Assembly: GCA_036918135.1 (NCBI GenBank)
Contig: JBALDB010000007.1
Span: forward strand, 224,001 to 288,000
Reading direction: 5' to 3'
DNA: 64,000 bases
Origin: Nostoc sp.
Lineage (GTDB): Bacteria; Cyanobacteriota; Cyanobacteriia; Cyanobacteriales; Nostocaceae
Shown here: piece after piece, positions 62,502 through 64,000 of the stretch
How positions within the stretch are numbered: position 1 is the first letter of the stretch
Layout: each line of letters begins with the position of its first letter
The notes under the pieces: model-generated
Told to the model about the DNA's origin: nothing
The model's input: only the letters and a program-made list of their open reading frames with translations
The model's database searches: none
Translations under genes and position numbers: made by a program

Positions 62502-63434
62502 ATGTGGCTGAAATATGGTGTAGATAAAGATGGAATCTTGATATGTATTCAAGATATCCCTAAAGGTAAGACTTTACTTAAATGTCCTTACTGTCATGGA
62601 GAGTTAATTGCTAAAAAAGGTCAGGTGAAAGAGCATCATTTTGCTCATAATCAGGAAACCTGCCGCCCTGTAGCTAACCGAGAATTTCCGACTTTGCCAC
62701 TGTATGATAATTTCAATATTTGTCTATCTGGGAAGGATTTACAACAATTGAAACTGCTTTGGCAGGAGTACGGAATCAAAAATTATCCTATCAGTTCCTA
62801 CTTAGTTTCTTCTGGGTTAATCAAAGCAGGAATATTGAGAAAAAATGTATACTTAAAACCAATCGAATATGAATTTACTAATTTGGGTAAAATTCCTGTT
62901 GGAGCGTTAGAGTTAACACATTTTAATGAAGTGCAGTCGCCGCTATTACTCAAGAAACTGCTGAAGTTTGAGCTAGTTGCAAAACATGCTCTCCACAAAA
63001 ACGCTCCAGATTTACCATATCGTCTGACTGATTTAAAACTGTACTGCGCTCAACTTCAACGTATTTTATCCTCTAACCTGTATTTTTTAGAGATTCAAGC
63101 AGATAAAGAAATTATTTACAAAATAGGCGTAACTCAAAGGGCTGTTGGACAACGAGTAGCAGAAGTAAAAATGGATTTACTGGCACACTACCAAACTGTT
63201 GCTATTCAGGTATTTGGAAGTTGGAAACACCGGGGGAATATTGAACTATATTTCAAACACCGCTATCGGGACTTTAATTATCCTATTGGAAGTTTAACTG
63301 AATATTATAAATTCAATACTAAGGATATCGAAATTGTCATGGATGACCTGCAAAAAATCAAACCTAAAGTACTTTCGCAAGAGGAAATAAATATTTTGAA
63401 TGACAAATTTAGTTTAACTCAAGTTGCTGTTTAG
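62502..63434 (+). CDS. CoiA-like Zn-finger + GIY-YIG/T5orf172-type nuclease
   Basis: CPYC...KKG....HHFAH....C; LYFLEI......YKIGVT.R....R..E. Confidence 0.8.
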   Translation: MWLKYGVDKDGILICIQDIPKGKTLLKCPYCHGELIAKKGQVKEHHFAHNQETCRPVANREFPTLPLYDNFNICLSGKDLQQLKLLWQEYGIKNYPISSYLVSSGLIKAGILRKNVYLKPIEYEFTNLGKIPVGALELTHFNEVQSPLLLKKLLKFELVAKHALHKNAPDLPYRLTDLKLYCAQLQRILSSNLYFLEIQADKEIIYKIGVTQRAVGQRVAEVKMDLLAHYQTVAIQVFGSWKHRGNIELYFKHRYRDFNYPIGSLTEYYKFNTKDIEIVMDDLQKIKPKVLSQEEINILNDKFSLTQVAV

Positions 63435-63437
63435 CAT

Positions 63438-64000
63438 TTATGAATTCAACTCACCAAATTTAGGACTCCACCATCCTTTTTGTGTAGAAAAATAAGCTAC
63501 ATCCCGATGTTTGTTGTCCTGACGGGATTGGGAGTCAGAACAGCGTAGCATTGTTTTGTTCTCTCCCTCCTTAACGTAACTGTATTCCTCTAATGGTTTT
63601 TTACATACTGGACAAGAAAATGAAGTTAGCTTAGCTGGGGGTTTTGCAATAGTTCCCTTAGATACTTTGTTTCGCGGTAGTTCCCAAGTTTTGTTAAGGT
63701 CACTCCAAAAAAGTACGACGTTTTCACAACCGCTAATACATTTGAGGAAGTACTTTTTTTTAAGCTTGCTGCTCTTAATTTTGGCTAGAAAATTTTTGCA
63801 TTCAGGGCAGCGAGTTTTGGCAGTTTCATATTTGCGCTCTCGTGCTGGTAAAGCTTTGTTTGGAGATGCAGTACTCACAACCACAGTTTTGGCTTTTGCT
63901 AAAGCTGGCGCAAAATATTCTTGATTCCAACTACTTAGGTATTGTTGCCAGCCCTGTTTGCCAACTGCGATCGCATCTAGAGCATCTTCCATCTTAGCTG
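63438..64000 (-). CDS. Type IA DNA topoisomerase, C-terminal part with Zn ribbons (runs off the right edge)
   Basis: Frame open to the window end (TAKMEDALDAIA.G...W..YL), then CPEC..C...C and CPVC..C ribbons. Confidence 0.8.
   Translation of the reverse strand, partial: AKMEDALDAIAVGKQGWQQYLSSWNQEYFAPALAKAKTVVVSTASPNKALPARERKYETAKTRCPECKNFLAKIKSSKLKKKYFLKCISGCENVVLFWSDLNKTWELPRNKVSKGTIAKPPAKLTSFSCPVCKKPLEEYSYVKEGENKTMLRCSDSQSRQDNKHRDVAYFSTQKGWWSPKFGELNS

Larger units (their letters stand above)
1..64000. repeat. HIP1 octamer GCGATCGC dispersed throughout
   Basis: Many copies in genes and spacers, e.g. 1203, 1509, 2641 and 58714. Confidence 0.95.

Overview
64 kb of chromosome-like DNA from a filamentous Nostocales-type cyanobacterium (abundant HIP1 GCGATCGC, STRR tandem repeats, SDR/REP-like and MITE-like repeats, ccmP, desC-desA-desB, bciB, psb35, invertase). 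Most of the window is housekeeping and envelope genes with several accessory pieces. (1) At the left edge is a class II lanthipeptide locus: the 5' end of lanM plus two tandemly duplicated Nif11-type precursors whose cores are nearly identical. (2) A duplicated DUF1517-like gene has a second copy fused to a TIR domain. (3) The best candidate for an undescribed system is a four-gene operon at 43.8-46.6 kb: two small glycine-zipper membrane proteins, an HNH nuclease, and a protein made of two copies of the same glycine-zipper domain, a PspA-like coiled coil, WD40 repeats and a J-domain. It lies just behind a collapsed hicB/hicA remnant. (4) A hybrid kinase carries an insert-Cys-like cyanobacteriochrome GAF domain. 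(5) Plasmid/ICE-like nuclease and topoisomerase genes sit at the right edge. Several genes show lesions (premature stops, in-frame deletions, repeat insertions). No rRNA, tRNA or CRISPR array was recognised. Family assignments come from motif recognition only; no database searches were run.
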